This document shows positions 18,284-30,997 of a DNA stretch of 64,000 nucleotides, piece after piece. A program made the position numbers and the translations under genes. The DNA is from an uncultured Planctomycetaceae bacterium (GTDB taxonomy: Bacteria > Planctomycetota > Planctomycetia > Isosphaerales > Isosphaeraceae): assembly GCA_963833985.1 (NCBI GenBank), contig CAWIAD010000001.1, positions 2,720,001-2,784,000 on the forward strand, given 5' to 3'. The notes beneath the pieces are model-generated. The model made no database searches. It saw only the letters and a program-made list of their open reading frames with translations, and was not told the origin of the DNA. Every line of letters starts with the position of its first letter. The stretch's first letter is position 1.

Positions 18284-20471
18284 TCACACCTGCCACATGA
18301 TCCGCTCGAAATCCGCGGACGGGACGGTGAGCTCGAAGATGCCCTCGCGAGGTGCTCGATCGAGGCTGGTCTCACCCTTCACGAGCTCGACGTAGAACCG
18401 GATGGAATCACCGGGCTGGCATTCCAGACGCGCGAAGGGGACAGCCAGCTCGAGAATCATGCCGGTCGCTACGGAGACCGTGGTACCGTTCACGAGCGGC
18501 TTGCCCGCGTGATTCAGATAGGCGACCGGATGCCGCAGAGCCGGCTGCACTACGACGATCTCGCGGTCGGGCGGATCGACGAAGCCGATGCGCAGCCGGT
18601 CCACGTCGATGAGCCGATCCGCGGCCGGGCCGCCCTCGGTATCCACGCGCACCAGGAAGCGCTCGGCGTCGAAACCGAACCAGACGGACTGGAGCAAGCC
18701 CCTGGTCACCAGCGTCATGGTCCCGCGATCGTTGCCGCAGTGATAGCGCGTGCCGTCGATCCACTCGAAGTAAGTGGCCCGCCCGTCAACCTTGACATTC
18801 AGGAAGCTGGTGGGCTGGTCGTTGATCGGCCGGTGGGCGCCGGCCTGCGAGATCGCCGTGAACAGGAACCCGGGCGGATCAGAGGCCAGCAGGCTGTAGA
18901 CGTTGCGCAGGTGCTTGCGGAAGAGGTGATCGAAGAGGCTGTCCTGGGCGCTGGAGTGATCGTCGCCGTACCACCAGAACCAGTCGGAGCCCTCGGCGAT
19001 GTAGATCTCTTCCCAGGCCCTGGCCAGGACCGCCGGATCATGGCGGCCGGAGCGTTCCTCGGCAACCAGGAACTGACGCGTGGTGTGGAGTGCGTCCCAG
19101 CCGCGGTTGTCTTCCGGATGGCCGATCCAGATGGCGAAGTTGTGGCTGATCCAGCTTCCGGCGAAGAGCCGCGGCAGGGTGTCGGCCGGCGGGTGTTCGC
19201 GGATGAACTCGCCTGCCTTCACCGGCAGGATCCGGGGGTCGCGCAGCGCCCTGGTAGAGCGAGCGAAGGAACGAGACGCCACCATCGGGATAGTATTCCC
19301 AGCAGTTCTCGCCGTCGAGAATCACCGAGACAAGCGTTGCCGGGTTGTGGCGGCAGGCGTCACCGATGGCGTGCAGCTTACCCAGGAAGTCCGCGGCAGC
19401 GTTCGGTCCGGGACTGCGCTGGTAGTGGAAGCCGACCTGGTCGGACATGGAGTGGTCGCGGAAGATGATCGACAGCTTGTCGTCGCCCTCGCGCAGGTTC
19501 CAGGCACGGTAGAGCAGGTCCGGATGGCGGACGTACCCGCGGCTGTCGCGGCCGACCTTGCCGCCGGTCGAGCAGCCGAGGATCTCCTCGTCGGTGGCAA
19601 TCCACTCGATGCCATGACGGGCGAGCAGGGGGATGAGCGACTGGCATACCGAGCCCTCGCTGGGCCACATACCGCGCGGGGCACTGCCGAAGCGGCGCAG
19701 ATGGCTCTCGACCGCCCTGCGGACGTGCACGTCGGCGTCCTCGGGGTAGCCATCGCGATACCCCGGCAAGGCCACGTCGGGCATCGCCTCACGCGCCAGC
19801 TTCTTGTCCAGGAGCAGGGGCAAGATGGGGTGGTAGTACGGTGTGGTGGTGAGCTCGACCTGCCCCCGCTCGGCCAGGCTGCGGTGCAGGGGGATCACCA
19901 TCGCCAGCAGGTCCCTCTGCTTGTCCAGCAGCCACTGCTTCTCCTCCTCGGTGTAATGCCGGCCCTTGTCCTTGAACTCGGCAAGTTCCTTGTCGCGCTC
20001 GAAGAGCAGTGGATGGATCCACGCCAGGTTCGACCAGACCTGGAGGTCGCGCAGGTCGCGCGGGCGGAACCGCTTGAGCGCCTGGTCCGCGGGCGTCGAC
20101 CACCACGAGCGCAGCATGTACAGCTCATGGTAGCGCGGGTGCGGCCGGATCATCGAGTCCGCGAACGCCATGAAGAAGTTATCGAGCAAATAGCAGGCAT
20201 CATCCTGCTCCAGGCCGTCCACGGGCCTGCGCGAGATCGTCAGGTGCTTGTCGGTGGCTCCCGCGACGTAGGCCTCGAGCTGGGTGAGCAGGCTGGGGAC
20301 CAGGTTGATGGTGCAGCGAAACTCCGGCACTTCCTGGATGTGCAACGCCATGCCAAGATAGTCCTTGGTGGCGTGCAGCCGGACCCAGGGCATCGGGTTC
20401 TCGCCGGCGAGGTCATCGGGATAATAAGGCTGATGCTGATGCCACATGAGGGCAAGAGATACCGCTGCCAT
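18284..20471 (-). CDS. GH57 glycoside hydrolase (amylopullulanase-like); frameshift near 19240
   Basis: [59 protein letters not shown] and AEGSDWFWW. Confidence 0.92.
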
Positions 20472-20676
20472 CGCTCGTCCTTGGCCTGAGAAGGGGGCAT
20501 TCAAGCAAGGCAAGTCCCCGACTCGATATATGCTCGGAACATCGAGCGGCCAACTTAAGAGCTTCTCTGGCTGGCGCAAGGGGTGCGCCTGTGCCGCGAT
20601 GGATTGCGCGGGCGGGGTCTGAACAGAACGGACGAAATCCCTCGGACAGCCGCCGGGAAGCAGCAATGGGCAGCAC

Positions 20677-21564
20677 TCAGCGGCCGCGTGACTGCCGTGG
20701 TGGACTCGACCCGCGTGGCGGCCGAGGTGCGGATTCCTGGGCCTCAGCCTCGCCACCGCGTGCTCCGGCCGGCTCGTTCGTCGCCGCACCCGGCCGGGCC
20801 CGATTACGGGAACCGTTCCACCCATTGGGCCGGTCCGCCGGCTGACCGCCCGCGCCGGCCGCGACCGGCTCCTGCCGGGTCGCCTCGATGGCCGCCAGGG
20901 CCTCGCCGAACGCCGCCTGCACCTGCTGAGCGTTCCACTGCACCATGCGCGTGGGGAAGTCCTGGCGCTGGGCCCAGTCGCTGATCGTCTTCAGCAGCCC
21001 CGCGCCGTGCTTTTCCTCTTGCTGCTTGATCCAGGCGAAAAGGGACTTACCGGTCTGGGGCACGCCGGCCCCCTCCTTCTGACGGGCGGGCGCGGAGGCT
21101 GGCTGCGCTGGGGGTGCCACCGGTTCTGCCGCCTTCCCCTGCGGCGAGTGCGCGGGATCGGCCGCGAGGGATGGGTGCCGCATCCGTTCATGCACGAAAC
21201 GCGGCACGCCGTCGCGGTAGAGGTAGCGGCCGATGCCAAACTTGACCGCCGCGCGTTTGAAGGCGTCGGAGAAGCCGCTCTTGTCGTCGTCGCCATGGTC
21301 GGCCATTCCCGCGTAGCCGCCGGCATCGGACTTGGTGAGCGTGGTGCCATCCGGCAGGCGGATGGTGAGCCGGCAGATCACGGAGTTCTCCAGGGGCATG
21401 TACTCGTCCCACCAGTTCGCCGGGCCGAGCACGTCGTCCAGGCGATTCATCACCGTGCGGGCGGTGATGTACTGAAGCTGGCGTCCTCCCTGCGGTCGGA
21501 TCCGAACCTCGTCCGCCCCGAAGGGAGCGGCCAGGCCGGCAAAGAGGTCCTGCAACGGGTCCAT
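20677..21564 (-). CDS. Rad52/Rad22 family single-strand annealing protein with an extra C-terminal helical domain
   Basis: [34 protein letters not shown] and [22 protein letters not shown]. Confidence 0.88.
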   Translation of the reverse strand: MDPLQDLFAGLAAPFGADEVRIRPQGGRQLQYITARTVMNRLDDVLGPANWWDEYMPLENSVICRLTIRLPDGTTLTKSDAGGYAGMADHGDDDKSGFSDAFKRAAVKFGIGRYLYRDGVPRFVHERMRHPSLAADPAHSPQGKAAEPVAPPAQPASAPARQKEGAGVPQTGKSLFAWIKQQEEKHGAGLLKTISDWAQRQDFPTRMVQWNAQQVQAAFGEALAAIEATRQEPVAAGAGGQPADRPNGWNGSRNRARPGAATNEPAGARGGEAEAQESAPRPPRGSSPPRQSRGR

Positions 21565-21761
21565 GGTGATTCTCGGCAGTAGAAGGAACTGGATTGGTAC
21601 AACCAGTTACTTGTGCAACTCCTGGACCGGCCACGTCGCCAGCGTGCACTCTCTGCTCAATTGTGTACGGTACGGAGCAGAAATGGAAGAAGCCACGCCC
21701 TATCGGACGTGGCTTCAGGGAACTCGAGCCAGAAGCGGTGCGGTGCCGGCGGCCAGAGGGA

Positions 21762-22076
21762 TCATGTGCGTGAGCACAGGACCAGGCCGGCCGGCGGAGC
21801 CACTGGGTGACCGGCGACGATGACGCGCTGAGCACCCGGGTCGGCGGCAGCCAGCTTGGCGTTGACCTTGAAGTCAAAGCGCCAGAGGATCAGCAGCATC
21901 AGCAAGCAGGACAGCAGGATCGCCCCGAGTGCGACAGCCAGCATGGCCACGAAGATGTCGCTCTTGGGGGCCTGGACGAAGACGCCAGGCCGGCGGCCGG
22001 CAGCGGCACCAGCAGCAGGGCGGGAGCCTCCCCGGGTGGGCGCGCTAGATCCGCGGCTTGATCGTAGACGAGACAA
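21762..22076 (-). CDS. small single-TM hypothetical protein
   Basis: Basic N-terminus, then PKSDIFVAMLAVALGAILLSCLLMLLILW; overlaps the end of the upstream gene. Confidence 0.7.
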   Translation of the reverse strand: MSRLRSSRGSSAPTRGGSRPAAGAAAGRRPGVFVQAPKSDIFVAMLAVALGAILLSCLLMLLILWRFDFKVNAKLAAADPGAQRVIVAGHPVAPPAGLVLCSRT

Positions 22077-22902
22077 TGTCGCCCTCCTTTATCTTCTTGC
22101 CCTGGTAGGTTGTACCGATCACCCGGCCGACGGCCTGGTCCGCGTCCACCGCGATCACCGAGATCTTGCCGAGATACTCGGGCCGGGGAACCTGGCGGAA
22201 GAGATAGAGCTCATGGCCTACTTGCAGGCCATCATCCGAGCCGATGGTCAGCTCCACCTGACGGTTCGTGGGATCCACCCGCCGGACCTCGCCCACCACG
22301 GGAGGCGGACTTTCCATTCCCTTGATCCGGCTGATGTCGTCGGAGAGCCCGTTCTGACGCAGCAGCACCGAGAACTTGGCCACCTGCTCACGCAGGTCGG
22401 TGTTGTGCTTGGTGGCCGATTCCAGCACCCGCTCGAGCTCGCGGATCCGGTCGTTCAGCTCGGCCTGGCGGAGCTTGAACTCGTTGGCCTGCTTCTCGAC
22501 GGCCGACTTCTGATCACGGACCAGGAGGTCGTCCTTGCGCCGCGCCTCCGCCTCAACCAGCGCCACCTTGGCGTTTTCCTGGGCCGTCTGGACCTCGGTG
22601 CGGGCCTGGGTGATCTGGTCCTGGGCCTGCTTGATCTGGGCTTCCTGAGCCTGGATCTGGTTATTCAGGTTCTTGGTGAGCGCGTCGTAACTGCCCTTGG
22701 CGGCGTCGAGATCTTTCTTCGCCGCGTCCACGGCAGCCTGGGCGTCGTTGAGTTTCTTGGTGAGCTCGCTGACCTTCTTCTTCTGGGCTTCCGTTTCGGT
22801 TCTCCAGTTCTTCGCTGTCGTGAACGTGACGGTGGAGATTCCCAGGAAGACCAGGGAGAAGGCCATGATGACGATGACGAGGATCTTGCCTACGAAGGTC
22901 AT
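22045..22902 (-). CDS. membrane-anchored coiled-coil protein with C-terminal beta domain
   Basis: N-terminal TM (MTFVGKILVIVIMAFSLVF), long heptad-rich region, C-terminal VELTIGSDDGL..G. Confidence 0.85.
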   Translation of the reverse strand: MTFVGKILVIVIMAFSLVFLGISTVTFTTAKNWRTETEAQKKKVSELTKKLNDAQAAVDAAKKDLDAAKGSYDALTKNLNNQIQAQEAQIKQAQDQITQARTEVQTAQENAKVALVEAEARRKDDLLVRDQKSAVEKQANEFKLRQAELNDRIRELERVLESATKHNTDLREQVAKFSVLLRQNGLSDDISRIKGMESPPPVVGEVRRVDPTNRQVELTIGSDDGLQVGHELYLFRQVPRPEYLGKISVIAVDADQAVGRVIGTTYQGKKIKEGDIVSSTIKPRI

Positions 22903-23304
22903 GGTCCCATCCTACCATTCAAAGTAAGACGGCCGGCCGACCATCCTCGCCGCGTCACCGCCGCGAGTCAAAGAAGGGATGGGGCTTGGACCGTGTGAAT
23001 CATGGAGGTGAGCCGGTACGCGCTGAAACGCAAGCCGGAGATTCGACATTCCTTGATTCAATGTAACGCCGCCGGAGCGCCAGCGGCAAGCGTTTTTCCA
23101 CATCAAAATGCGAACGATGCGGAGTGAAGCGATCCTCTCCACACCACTTGCGGCTTGAGCTTGCCCAAATTTACCCCACGCCCGGGACAATGGCAAGCTG
23201 CCCAGACTGGAGATTTGTGGACAGCCTGCCGCCAGCCCCGCAAATCGTACCCAAAAGCTCGCGCTGGGCCGTATGGGCCCGGTCGTGGTTCGCGTTCTCC
23301 TTCG

Positions 23305-26300
23305 TCATCCGGCCCCGTTCGGGTCGTGCGGATCAGGCTTGCTGGTCCGTCCGCGGCGGATGACATGGAAGAACACGGGGGTGAGGAAGATACCGAAAAA
23401 CGTGACGCCGAGCATACCGCTGAAGACGGCCACACCCAGGGCATGCCGCATCTCGGCACCGGCACCGAAAGCCAGCACCAGGGGCACCACGCCGAAGATG
23501 AACGCGAAGGAGGTCATGAGGATGGGCCGCAGCCGGAGCTGGCAGGCCTGGAGCGTCGCCTCACGCACATCGACTCCTTCTTCCTGCCTTTGCTTGGCGA
23601 ACTCGACGATCAGGATCGCGTTCTTGCTGGCGAGCCCCACCAGCACGACGAATCCGATCTGGGTGAAGATGTTGACGTCCATGCCCGCCAGGTTCAGGCC
23701 GGCGAGCGAGCAGAAGAGGCACATCGGCACCACCAGGATGACCGCCAGCGGGAGCGACCAGCTCTCGTACTGCGCCGCCAGGACCAGGAAGACGAACGCG
23801 ACGGCCAGCGCGAAGATGAAGATCGCCGCCTGGCCCGCCTGGAGCTGCATGTACGCCAGCTCGGTCCAGTCTGTCGCCATCGCAAGGGGCAACTCCTGGC
23901 TGGCGAGCTCCTGAAGGAGGGCGATCGCCTGGCCGGAGCTGGTCCCCGGCGCCGCGTTGCCGGTGATGGCCGTCGCCGAGTACATGTTATAGCGCATGAC
24001 CATCACCGGCCCGCTCACACTCCGCAGCGACAGAAGGGTTCCCAGGCGGATCATCTCACCGCGGCTGTTGCGCACCTTGAGCTGGCGGATGTCGCGTCCG
24101 TGCTCGCGGAAGTACTGGTCTGCCTGGATGTTCACCTGCCAGGTGCGGCCGAATTCATTGAAGTTATTGACGTAGTACGATCCCAGGTAGACCTGAAGCG
24201 TATTGAAGACCTCGCTCACCGGCACCCCGAGGGCCATGCACTTGGTGCGGTCGATGTCCAGGTAGAGCCAGGGTGTGTTCGCTCGCGAGCTGTTGAAGAG
24301 CCCCTGGAGCCCCGGCGTGCGGTTGCCCCGCGCGACGATCTGGTCGCTCACGCGCTGCAACTCGTCGAGCCCGAAGTTGCCCCGGTCCTCGATGATCATC
24401 TTGAAACCGCCGGTGGTGCCCAGCCCGTCGATCGGCGGCCCGCCGAAGGCCGAGACAATGGCGTCGCGCACCTCGCGACGGCACCGCGCCTCGATCGAGG
24501 ACGCGATCGCGTCGGCGCTCAGCTCCGCGCCGTGCCGGTGGTCGAACTCCTTGAGCAGCACGTACATGGAGCCGAGGTTCGGCGCGTTGGCGCCGAGGAT
24601 CAGCGACACGCCCGAGACGCCGACGGTGTGCGCCACGCCGGGCGTCGACCGGGCCAGGCTCTCGATGCGGGCCATCACCGTCTCGGTCCGCTCGACCGAG
24701 GCCGAGTCAGGGAGCTGCACGTTCAGCAGCAGGTATCCCTTGTCCTGCTGGGGAATGAAGCCGCTCGGCGTGCTCACGAATTGCAGGTACGTGCACACCA
24801 GCAGCCCGCCATAGGCCAGCAGGACCAGCACGCTCACCCGCAGCAGCCTGCCCACGAGCCGGCCGTAGACCAGGGTCATGCGGTCGAAGAGCCGATTGAA
24901 GCCCTGAAAGAGCCAGCCGAGGAGGGAGTTCACCGGTGCGATCACGAGCCATCCGACGAGACCGCCGGCGAGTGCGCCCGGCAGGAAGGCCGCCAGCCAG
25001 ACGGCCCAGCCGAGCCATTCACCGTCGCCATGGGCGGCAGCTTCCCCCACCGGTACCGGCAGGCCGAGCCGGCTGGCGGCCAGACCGGCCAGCCGATCCT
25101 GCCAGAAATACGCGGTGAGCAGGCCACCGAGGATGCCGATGAACCACCACGGCAGCGCCTCGCGCTTCAGCTCGTGGCCGTGCTCCCCCTGCTCGGTCTT
25201 GAAGATGAGCACGGCGCGGGAGGGCGTCATGGTCAGGGCGTTGATCGCCGAGATGATCGTGGAGACGGCGATGGTCACCGCGAACTGGCGGAAGAACTGG
25301 CCGCTGATCCCCCCCAGGAAGCAGCAGGGGATGAAGACCGAGCTGAGCACCAGCGTGATGGCGAGGATGGGCCCGGTGATCTCCTCCATGGCCCTGATGG
25401 TGGCCGAGCGGGCATCGAGGCCCGTGGCGATCAGCCGCTCGATGTTCTCGAGCACCACGATGGCGTCGTCCACCACGATGCCGATCGCCAGGACCAGGCC
25501 GAAGAGGGTGAGGTTGTTGAGCGAGAAGCCCATGGCCGCCATGACGGCGAAGGTGCCGATGAGCGACACCGGCACGTCGATCATCGGCAGGATCATCGCC
25601 TTCCAGTCCTGCAAGAACACGAGCACCACGATGCCGACCAGGATCACCGCGTCGCGCAGGGTCTTGAAGACCTCGTTCACCGACTCGCGAATAAACGGGG
25701 TGGTGTCGTAGACGATCTCGTACTCCAGGCCGTCAGGAAATCGCGTGCGCAGCGCGCGCATCTTGGCATAGACGCCGGAGGCGGTGTTCAGTGCGTTCGT
25801 GCCGGGAAGCTGGTAGATCGAGACGGCGACGGAGGGCTTACCATCGAGGGTGCACGACTGATCGTACTGGCGTGAGCCGAGCTCCACGCGGGCGACGTCG
25901 CGGAGGCGAACGATGCCGATGGCCTGCGGTTGCGGACCCGTCTGCCCGGTGGCCGCCAGCGTGGTGCTGGAGCTGGCCGGGGCCGTCGTCGTGCTCGGTG
26001 AGTTCTGGCTGGGCGAGTAATCCGTGCCCGCCTTGAGGATGATGTCCGCGAACTGCTCGGGCTCTGTAAGCCGGCCCAGCGTGTTGATGGCCAGTTGCAA
26101 CTGCTGCCCCCTGGGCACCGGCTGCTGTCCAACCTGCCCTGCGGCCACCTGGATATTCTGCTGCGCAATGGCGTTGACCACGTCCATGGCACTCAGGTTG
26201 TGCGCCGCCAGTTTCTCGGGGTCGAGCCAGCGCGCAGGCTGTAATCGCGCTGGCCCAGATACGTGATGCCGGCCACGCCGGGCAGGCGGCCGAGCTCGTC

Positions 26301-26792
26301 CTTGATGTAGATCGTCGCGTAGTTGCTCAGGTAGTTGCTGTCGTAGCGGCCGTCCGGCGAGATCAGGTTCACGATCATCATCGTGTTCGGCGACATCTTC
26401 TTGACGCTGATGCCCTCGTTCTGCACCAGGGCCGGAATCACCGGCAAGGCCAGCGAGACCCGGTTCTGCACCAGCACCTGGGCCATGTCCGTGTCCATGC
26501 CCAGCCGGAACGTCACCACCAGGCTGTATGAGCCGTCGTTGGTGGACGTCGAGGACATGTAGAGCATGTTCTCGACGCCGCTGACCTGCTCTTCGATGGG
26601 GGCCGCGACGGTGTTCCGCACGGTCGTTGCGTTCGCCCCCGGATAGATGGCCGTCACCAGCACGGTGGGGGGAGTGACGTCGGGATACTGCGCCACCGGC
26701 AGGGTGAAGACGGCCACGCCGCCGGCCAGCACGAAGACCAGCGAGAGCACGATGGCGAAGACCGGCCTGTCGATGAAGAAGCGGGGAATCAT
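23305..26792 (-). CDS. RND efflux permease subunit 2 (HAE1/AcrB family); frameshift near 26230
   Basis: Own start MIPRFFIDRPVFA at 26792; GIVVDDAIVVLENIER, ASKNAILIVEFA and RLRPILMTSFAF. Confidence 0.9.
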
Positions 26793-29700
26793 GGATCTTC
26801 AACTCCCTGCGGCGCGTCACCCCCGTGCTCTCCGCGGGGGCCACTATTCCCCTCGGCGCGTCATCCCCGGCGCTCTCCGCGGAAGCCGCCCTGCCGTCTG
26901 AGCGCCAGGGCATGATCTGGCGGTGCACGCCCAGCACCGCCAGGCCGGCCAGGGACCCCGCCAGGCCGCCGACCGGCAACGCCCACGACTCCTGCACGAC
27001 CCCCAGCCGCGCCAGCAGGTAACCACTGCCCACGCCCACCAGGCTCCCCAGCACCACCGAGCCGGTCCACCGCACGGAGGCGCTCGCAAAGAGCCTCGTC
27101 TCGGAGAGGCCCTGGATCACGTAGAAGAAGACCGGCGTGAGAAAGATTCCGAAGATCGTCACGCCCAGCATCCCGCCGAAGACCGCGGTCCCCAGCGAGC
27201 GGCGCATCTCCGCGCCGGCGCCCGAGGCGAAGACCAGCGGCAACACGCCGAAGACGAAGGCGAAGGAGGTCATGAGAATCGGCCGCAGACGCAGCCGGGA
27301 CGCCTCGCAAGTCACCTCGAAGACCGGTCGGCCCTGCTCGTGCAGCTGCCGTGCGTACTCGACGACCAGGATCGCGTTCTTGCAGGCCAACCCCACCAGC
27401 ACCACCAGACCAATCTGCACGAATATGTTCACATCTCGATTTGTATAGAGGATCCCCGCCACCGAGCAGAGCAGGCAGAGCGGAACCACCAGGATCACGG
27501 CCAGCGGCAGGGTCCAGCTCTCGTAGAGTGCGGCCAGCGCCATGAAGACGCAGAGGATCGACAGCAAGAAGACGTAGATCGCGGTGTTTCCCGCGCGGAG
27601 CTGCATGAACATCAGCTCGGTCCATTCCGTCTTCATCGACAGCGGCAGGCTCTCATCCGCGATGGTATTGATCCGGGAGATGGCCGTGCCGGTGCTCACG
27701 CCCTGGATGCTGCCTCTCATGGTGGCAGCCTGGTAAAGGTTGTACCGGGTCACCGAGATCGGCCCGCCAACCTCGCGAGGCTGCACCAATGTGCCCAGCG
27801 GCACCATCTGCTGCCACCGGTTCCGTACCTGGAAGAGGCTGAGCTCCTCGATCCGGTCGCGATAGCGGCCGTCAGCCTGCACGGTGACCTGCCAGTGCCG
27901 GCCGAAGAAGTTGAAGCTGTTCACGTACAGCGAGCCCATGTACATCGACAGCGTCTGATTCAGGTCATTGAACGACACCCCCAGGCTGGCGACCTTGGTG
28001 CGGTCGATATCCAGCCAGACCTGCGGCGTGCTCGAGCGGAACTGCGTGGCCACGCTCAGGAGCCCCGGCACCTCCTGGAGCTTGCGGACCAGGCCATCAG
28101 TCTGCTGCTGCAAAGCGCTTAACCCCAGGCTGCCCCGGTCCTCCACGACCAGCTTGAAACCGCCCGCCACGCCCAGGCCCGGAATCGGCGACGCACCATA
28201 CACGGTCACCTTCACGTCCTGCACGCGGCGTGCCCACTCCCGGCGCAGCCTGGCCATGATGGCTAGATCGCCCAGCTCGGGGCGCTGCCGCCTGTCGAAC
28301 GGCTCGAGCACCACGAACATCGAGGCGAAGTTCGGGCTGTTCGCCTGGAGCAAAAACGACAACCCGGAGATGGTCACGGTGTGGGCCACCCCGGGGGTCT
28401 CCCGCGCAATCGCCTCCACCTGCGCCGCGGCTTGCCTGGTGCGCTCCAGCGAGGCCGAATCGGGTAGTTGCATGTTCACGATCAGCCGACCCTGGTCCTG
28501 CTGCGGGATGAAGCCGGTCGGGGCCTTCTGAAAGATCCAGTAGGTGGCGCCCAGCAGACCGAGATAAAGCAGGAGCACAAGCAGGCTGAGGTGGAGCAAC
28601 CGGCTCACGATGCCGCCGTAGACGTGGGTCACGGCGTCAAACCCGCGGTTGAAGCCGCGAAACAGCCATCCCAGCAGGGCGTTCACGGGACGGATGCATC
28701 GCCGGCCGATCGCCGCGCCGACCAGGACGCCGGGAATCGACCAGAGGGCATACCGGGCATAGAGGTTCGCCGGCAAGAGCCGCTCGGCCTGGCCGCTGAG
28801 ACCGGCCCATTCCAGGAACCGCGCGCTCTGCCAGATGGTGAGCAGGCCTCCCAGGACGGCGAAGGTCCACCAGGGCAGCGCCTCGCGCCGCTGTTCGTGG
28901 CTCTGACCCTCCTCGAGCTTGAAGATCATCACCGCGCGCGACGGCGTCATGGTCACGGCATTGATCGCGGAGATGATGGTGGAGACGGCAATGGTCACCG
29001 CGAACTGGCGGAAGAACTGCCCGGTGATGCCGCCGATGAAGGCACACGGCACGAACACCGCGGAGAGCACCAGCGCCACGGCGACGATCGGCCCGGTGAC
29101 CTCGTCCATGGCCTGGATCGTTGCCGAGCGAACGTCCAGGCCGGTCGCCATCAGCCGCTCCACATTCTCGAGCACCACGATGGCGTCGTCCACCACGATG
29201 CCGATCGCCAGCACCAGACCGAAGAGCGAGATGTTGTTCAGGCTGAACCCGATCGCGGCCATGACGGCGAAGGTGCCGATGAGCGACACCGGCACGTCGA
29301 TCATCGGCAGGATCATCGCCCGCCAGTCCTGCAAGAAGACGAGGACCACGATACCCACGAGAGCCACCGCTTCCAGCAGCGTCTTGAACACGTCCGAGAC
29401 CGACTCGCGGATGAACGGTGTGGTGTCGTAGGCCGTGCTGTACTCCACCCCGTCGGGAAACTTTGCCTTGAGCTCCTTCATCCGGGCCTGGACGCGCTCG
29501 GCGACGTCCAGCGCATTGGTGCCGGGGAGCTGGTAGATCGACAGGCCCACCGAAGGGTGGCCGTCGAAGGAGCACGACTGGTTGTAATTCTGCGCGCCCA
29601 GCTCGACCCGGGCCACGTCGCGGATCCGGACCACACCGTCGGTGGGGTTGGACGTGAGCAGCGCCGTCGCGGCCGAGCCGGAGCGCAGCGTGCCCAGCGC

Positions 29701-30984
29701 GCTGGAGATCCGCTGGCTGTTGGAAACGGCCATGCCATCGCCGCCAGCCCCGCCCGAGGACAACCCCGCTGCCGACGATCCCGACGAGCTGCCCGAACCG
29801 GGAGTCGCGCCGCCACCGGTTGTTCCGCCACCGCTGGTGGTGACACCGCCAAAGGTGGTGCCCTGAGCCGGCAGGACGCTCGTCAGCCCTGTGATGGACA
29901 TGGACGCCGTGGACGTCGCCGAGCTGGTCGTCCCGGCCCCGTGCATCGTGCCCAGCCGCCTGGACGACGCGATTGTCGGCGGACTGACGGACCCGGCCGT
30001 CGCGTCGACGGACGACATGCCGCCCATCGCGTCAACCAGAGATGTGTCGATCTGCATCATCGCCCCGGCTCCGTCACCACCCGAACCGCCGCCAGCGCCC
30101 GAGCCGCCGCCACCGCCCGAGCTGGATTGAGAGCCTGAACCGCCGCTGGAGGTCGACTGCGTCCAGCCGTGCAGCGAATCAATGGACAGGCCGTAGCGGT
30201 TGCCGGTCACTGCCGGGTCCACCTTGACCACGATGTCGCCGAACTGCTCCGGAACCGTCAGCCGCCCGAGGGTATCGATGGGGAGCTGCGCGGATTGGCC
30301 CTGAGACGCCGGCGGCTGGCCGACCCGTCCGGCCGGCGCGTCCACGTTCTGGTCGCGTATCGCCTGTGCCACGTCCATCGCGGTCATGTTCCGCGCGGCC
30401 AGTTGCTGGGGGTCCAGCCAGACGCGGATGCTGTAATCACGCTGACCCAGGTAGTTGATGTCCGAGACCCCGTAAACCCGCAGCAGCTCATCGCGCACGA
30501 AGATGGTGGCGAAATTACTCAGGTAAATGTCGTCGTAGCGGCCATCCGGCGAGTAGAAGTTGACGATCATGAGGATGTCGGGCGTCTTCTTGCGGATGGT
30601 GATTCCCTGGTTCTGCACCGCGGTCGGTAGCTGGGGCATGGCCAGCGTCACCCGGTTCTGAACCATCACGAGGTCGGAATTGAGGTCGGTGCCGACGTCG
30701 AACGTCACGGTCAGGGCGTAAGTGCCGTCGTTGCCCATCTGCGAGGACATGTAGAGCATGCCCTCCACGCCGTTGACCTGCTGCTCGATCGGCGCGGCGA
30801 CCGTGTCGGCAACCACCGCGGCACTGGCGCCGGGGTAGCTGATGGAGATCACCACGCCGGGCGGGGTGATCCTGGGGTACTGGGCGACCGGCAGCGCCAG
30901 CACCGCAATCGCGCCGATCAGGGTGATGACGATCGATAGAACGGCGGCGAAGATGGGCCGATCAATGAAGAATCGCGCAATCAT
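26789..30984 (-). CDS. RND efflux permease subunit 1 (HAE1/AcrB family) with a large low-complexity insertion; probable frameshift near 26822
   Basis: MIARFFIDRPIFA at 30984; GIVVDDAIVVLENVER, ACKNAILVVEYA and RLRPILMTS; adding one base in the G5 run gives ...GVEDP-TGA overlapping the next ATG. Confidence 0.88.
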
Positions 30985-30997
30985 GGACGTGTCCCGC

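Noticed and set aside
20677..22902. Prophage around the Rad52-like and coiled-coil genes
   Set aside because: No integrase, terminase, capsid or tail genes; composition is host-like.
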